Source: a virus. From it: a stretch of 55,212 nt of DNA. The notes beneath the pieces are model-generated. The model was given only the letters and a program-made list of their open reading frames with translations. It had not been told where the DNA came from and did no database searches. A program made the position numbers and the translations under genes. Positions 53,457 through 55,212 of the stretch are shown here, in pieces (positions within the stretch are counted from its first letter, which is position 1; every line of letters starts with the position of its first letter). Location of the stretch: IMG/VR virus record IMGVR_UViG_3300023296_000001; one strand, written 5' to 3'.

Positions 53457-54053
53457 CTACTCCCCCTCATCTTCTAATATACAAATTAGCAGCATAAAAT
53501 TAATGTTCCATTGGTCTTTTTCAGCATAAGTATAAGAAGCATTAGAAGCATCAGAAGCATCATAAGCATAAGCAGCGGAAGCATAAGCAGCAGCATCATA
53601 AGCATAAGCATCAGAAGTATAGGCAGCATCAGAAGTAGCAGAAGCAGCATAAGAAGCATCAGAAACAGCAGCAGCAGCATAAGAAGAAGCAGAAACAGAA
53701 ACAGCAACAACATAATCACAAGCACGTCTTTTTATTAATAATTCATCTAACGATATTAAGCCTAGTAAGAAATCTTTATTAGCTTTTAAGCACTCATTAA
53801 CCCTATTATCGTTAGGATATTTTTTATTGTAAATATGAGCAACTGACTTCGCACATTCTAATGACCACCATTTTAAAATATTAACATTAACCATTTTTCT
53901 TATTAGCCATTCTTTATTGTTATGAGGGATATGTTCTAACTGTAAAAACTCAACCATCGTCATATTAAAATCAGGATAATACTTGACTAAGTTTTCGTAC
54001 ACGCTTGTGTATGGGTCGAGTTTTTTAATATCTTCTAGTGTTATTTTGTTCAT
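53457..54053 (-). CDS. Array copy A (198 aa): conserved N-domain, Tyr/Ser/Ala/Asp tract, conserved C-tail
   Basis: See findings. Variable tract at 53529-53720. Confidence 0.7.
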   Translation of the reverse strand: MNKITLEDIKKLDPYTSVYENLVKYYPDFNMTMVEFLQLEHIPHNNKEWLIRKMVNVNILKWWSLECAKSVAHIYNKKYPNDNRVNECLKANKDFLLGLISLDELLIKRRACDYVVAVSVSASSYAAAAVSDASYAASATSDAAYTSDAYAYDAAAYASAAYAYDASDASNASYTYAEKDQWNINFMLLICILEDEGE

Positions 54054-54644
54054 CTATTCCACCTCTTCTTTTAATATACGAATTAGTAACATAAAATTAA
54101 TGTCCCATTGGTCTTTTTCAGCATAAGTATAAGAAGCATCAGAAACATCATAAGTAGCATAAGCAGCGGAAGCATAAGCAGAATAAGTAGTAGCATAAGC
54201 AATGGCATCAGAAGAATAAGCATCAACAGAAGTAGCATAAGCAGCGGAAGCATAAGCAGAATAAGCAGCATCATAAGCAGAAGCATCAGAAGCACCAACA
54301 GCAGCAGTAGCCGCACGTCTTTTTATTAATAATTCATCTAACGATATTAAGCCTAGTAAGAAATCTTTATTAGCTTTTAAGCACTCATTAACCCTATTAT
54401 CGTTAGGATATTTTTTATTGTAAATATGAGCAACTGACTTCGCACATTCTAGTGCCCACCATTTTAAAATATTACCATCAACCATTCTCCTTATTAGCCA
54501 CACTTTAGCTTTATGAGAGATGTGCTCTAACTCTAAAAACTCAACCATCGTCATATTAAAATCAGGATAATACTTAACTAAGTTTTCGTACCCACTTCTG
54601 CATGGGTCGAGTTTCTTAATATCTTTTAGTGTTATTTTGTTCAT
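54054..54644 (-). CDS. Array copy B (196 aa)
   Basis: Variable tract at 54126-54311. Its stop abuts the ATG of copy A. Confidence 0.7.
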   Translation of the reverse strand: MNKITLKDIKKLDPCRSGYENLVKYYPDFNMTMVEFLELEHISHKAKVWLIRRMVDGNILKWWALECAKSVAHIYNKKYPNDNRVNECLKANKDFLLGLISLDELLIKRRAATAAVGASDASAYDAAYSAYASAAYATSVDAYSSDAIAYATTYSAYASAAYATYDVSDASYTYAEKDQWDINFMLLIRILKEEVE

Positions 54645-55212
54645 CTATTCCACCTCTTCTTTTAATATACGAATTAGTAACATAAAATTAATGTCCCATT
54701 GCTCTTTTTTAGCATAAGCAGAATCATCATCATCATAAGCATAAGCATTAGCAGCATAAGAAGCAGTAGCATAAGAAGCATAAGCATAAGCAGTATAGGC
54801 AGCAGTAGCATAAGAATAAGCAGCATAAGCAGAAGCATCAGAAGCATAAGAAGCACCATCATCATCAGAAGCCGCAGCCGCAGCCGCAAAGGCAGCATCA
54901 ACATCATAAGAAGTAGAAGAGGCAGCAGTAGCCGCACGTCTTTTTATTAATAATTCATCTAACGATATTAAGCCTAGTAAGAAATCTTTATTAGCTTTTA
55001 AGCACTCATTAACCCTATTATCGTTAGGATATTTTTTATTGTAAATATGAGCAACTGACTTCGCACATTCTAATGACCACCATTTTAAAATATTAACATT
55101 AACCATTTTTCTTATTAGCCATTCTTTATTGTTATGAGGGATATGTTCTAACTGTAAAAACTCAACCATCGTCATATTAAAATCAGGATAATACTTGACT
55201 AAGTTTTCGTAC
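54645..55212 (-). CDS. Array copy C, 3' part (full length about 206 aa when joined to 180-128 through the junction)
   Basis: Variable tract at 54717-54932. The frame is open to the contig end. Confidence 0.7.
   Translation of the reverse strand, partial: YENLVKYYPDFNMTMVEFLQLEHIPHNNKEWLIRKMVNVNILKWWSLECAKSVAHIYNKKYPNDNRVNECLKANKDFLLGLISLDELLIKRRAATAASSTSYDVDAAFAAAAAASDDDGASYASDASAYAAYSYATAAYTAYAYASYATASYAANAYAYDDDDSAYAKKEQWDINFMLLIRILKEEVE

Noticed and set aside
53486-54950. Six Leu/Met-rich or Ser/Ile/Arg-rich ORFs on both strands inside the paralogue array (53486-53725, 53511-53738, 54083-54316, 54108-54329, 54674-54937, 54699-54950)
   Set aside because: They are by-products of the (AKM)n triplet composition, which removes stop codons from all frames. 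They lack SDs and are nested in the conserved genes.

Overview
The window looks like a complete, circularly closed contig of a virulent tailed dsDNA phage. Bases 1-127 are identical to 55086-55212, so about 55,085 bp are unique. The genome is AT-rich and gene-dense, with two transcription arms.

(1) The minus-strand early/middle arm runs 12633->1 and continues through the junction 55212->42086. It carries five near-consensus sigma70-type promoter/leader cassettes, many small ORFs, two lipoproteins and an SLT lytic transglycosylase. It also carries a class II (B12) ribonucleotide reductase, a hexapeptide-repeat protein, a ClpP-like protease, a GC-rich structured non-coding element and a dUTPase. 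After these come a three-copy tandem paralogue array, an AEP primase, an SF3 helicase, a PD-(D/E)XK exonuclease, a MazG-like enzyme and a family A DNA polymerase.

(2) The plus-strand late arm runs 12807->42141. It carries an HTH/sigma-region-4-like protein, a (QAS)n repeat protein, a GNAT, a second ClpP-like protease with a signal peptide, the large terminase, portal, scaffold and capsid. These are followed by tail and internal-virion proteins, a fibre locus, small membrane proteins and RusA.

I saw no tape measure, tail tube/sheath, phage RNAP, integrase/repressor, reverse transcriptase, tRNA or CRISPR. The phage therefore looks podovirus-like, host-RNAP dependent and lytic. Four free-standing homing-endonuclease ORFs (1 GIY-YIG, 3 paralogous HNH) sit in the structural and replication modules.

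The most unusual items are:
- a tandem array of three genes whose central 62-72 codons are almost purely Tyr/Ser/Ala/Asp, written in GCT/TCT/TAT/GAT (KMT) codons;
- a ~270-nt GC-rich, helix-rich non-coding element ending in a terminator;
- a tail-fibre ORF with no canonical start codon directly downstream of an HNH gene;
- homologous 21-22 codon hydrophobic micro-ORFs on both arms.

All functional calls rest on motifs read by eye and on synteny. No database search was possible.
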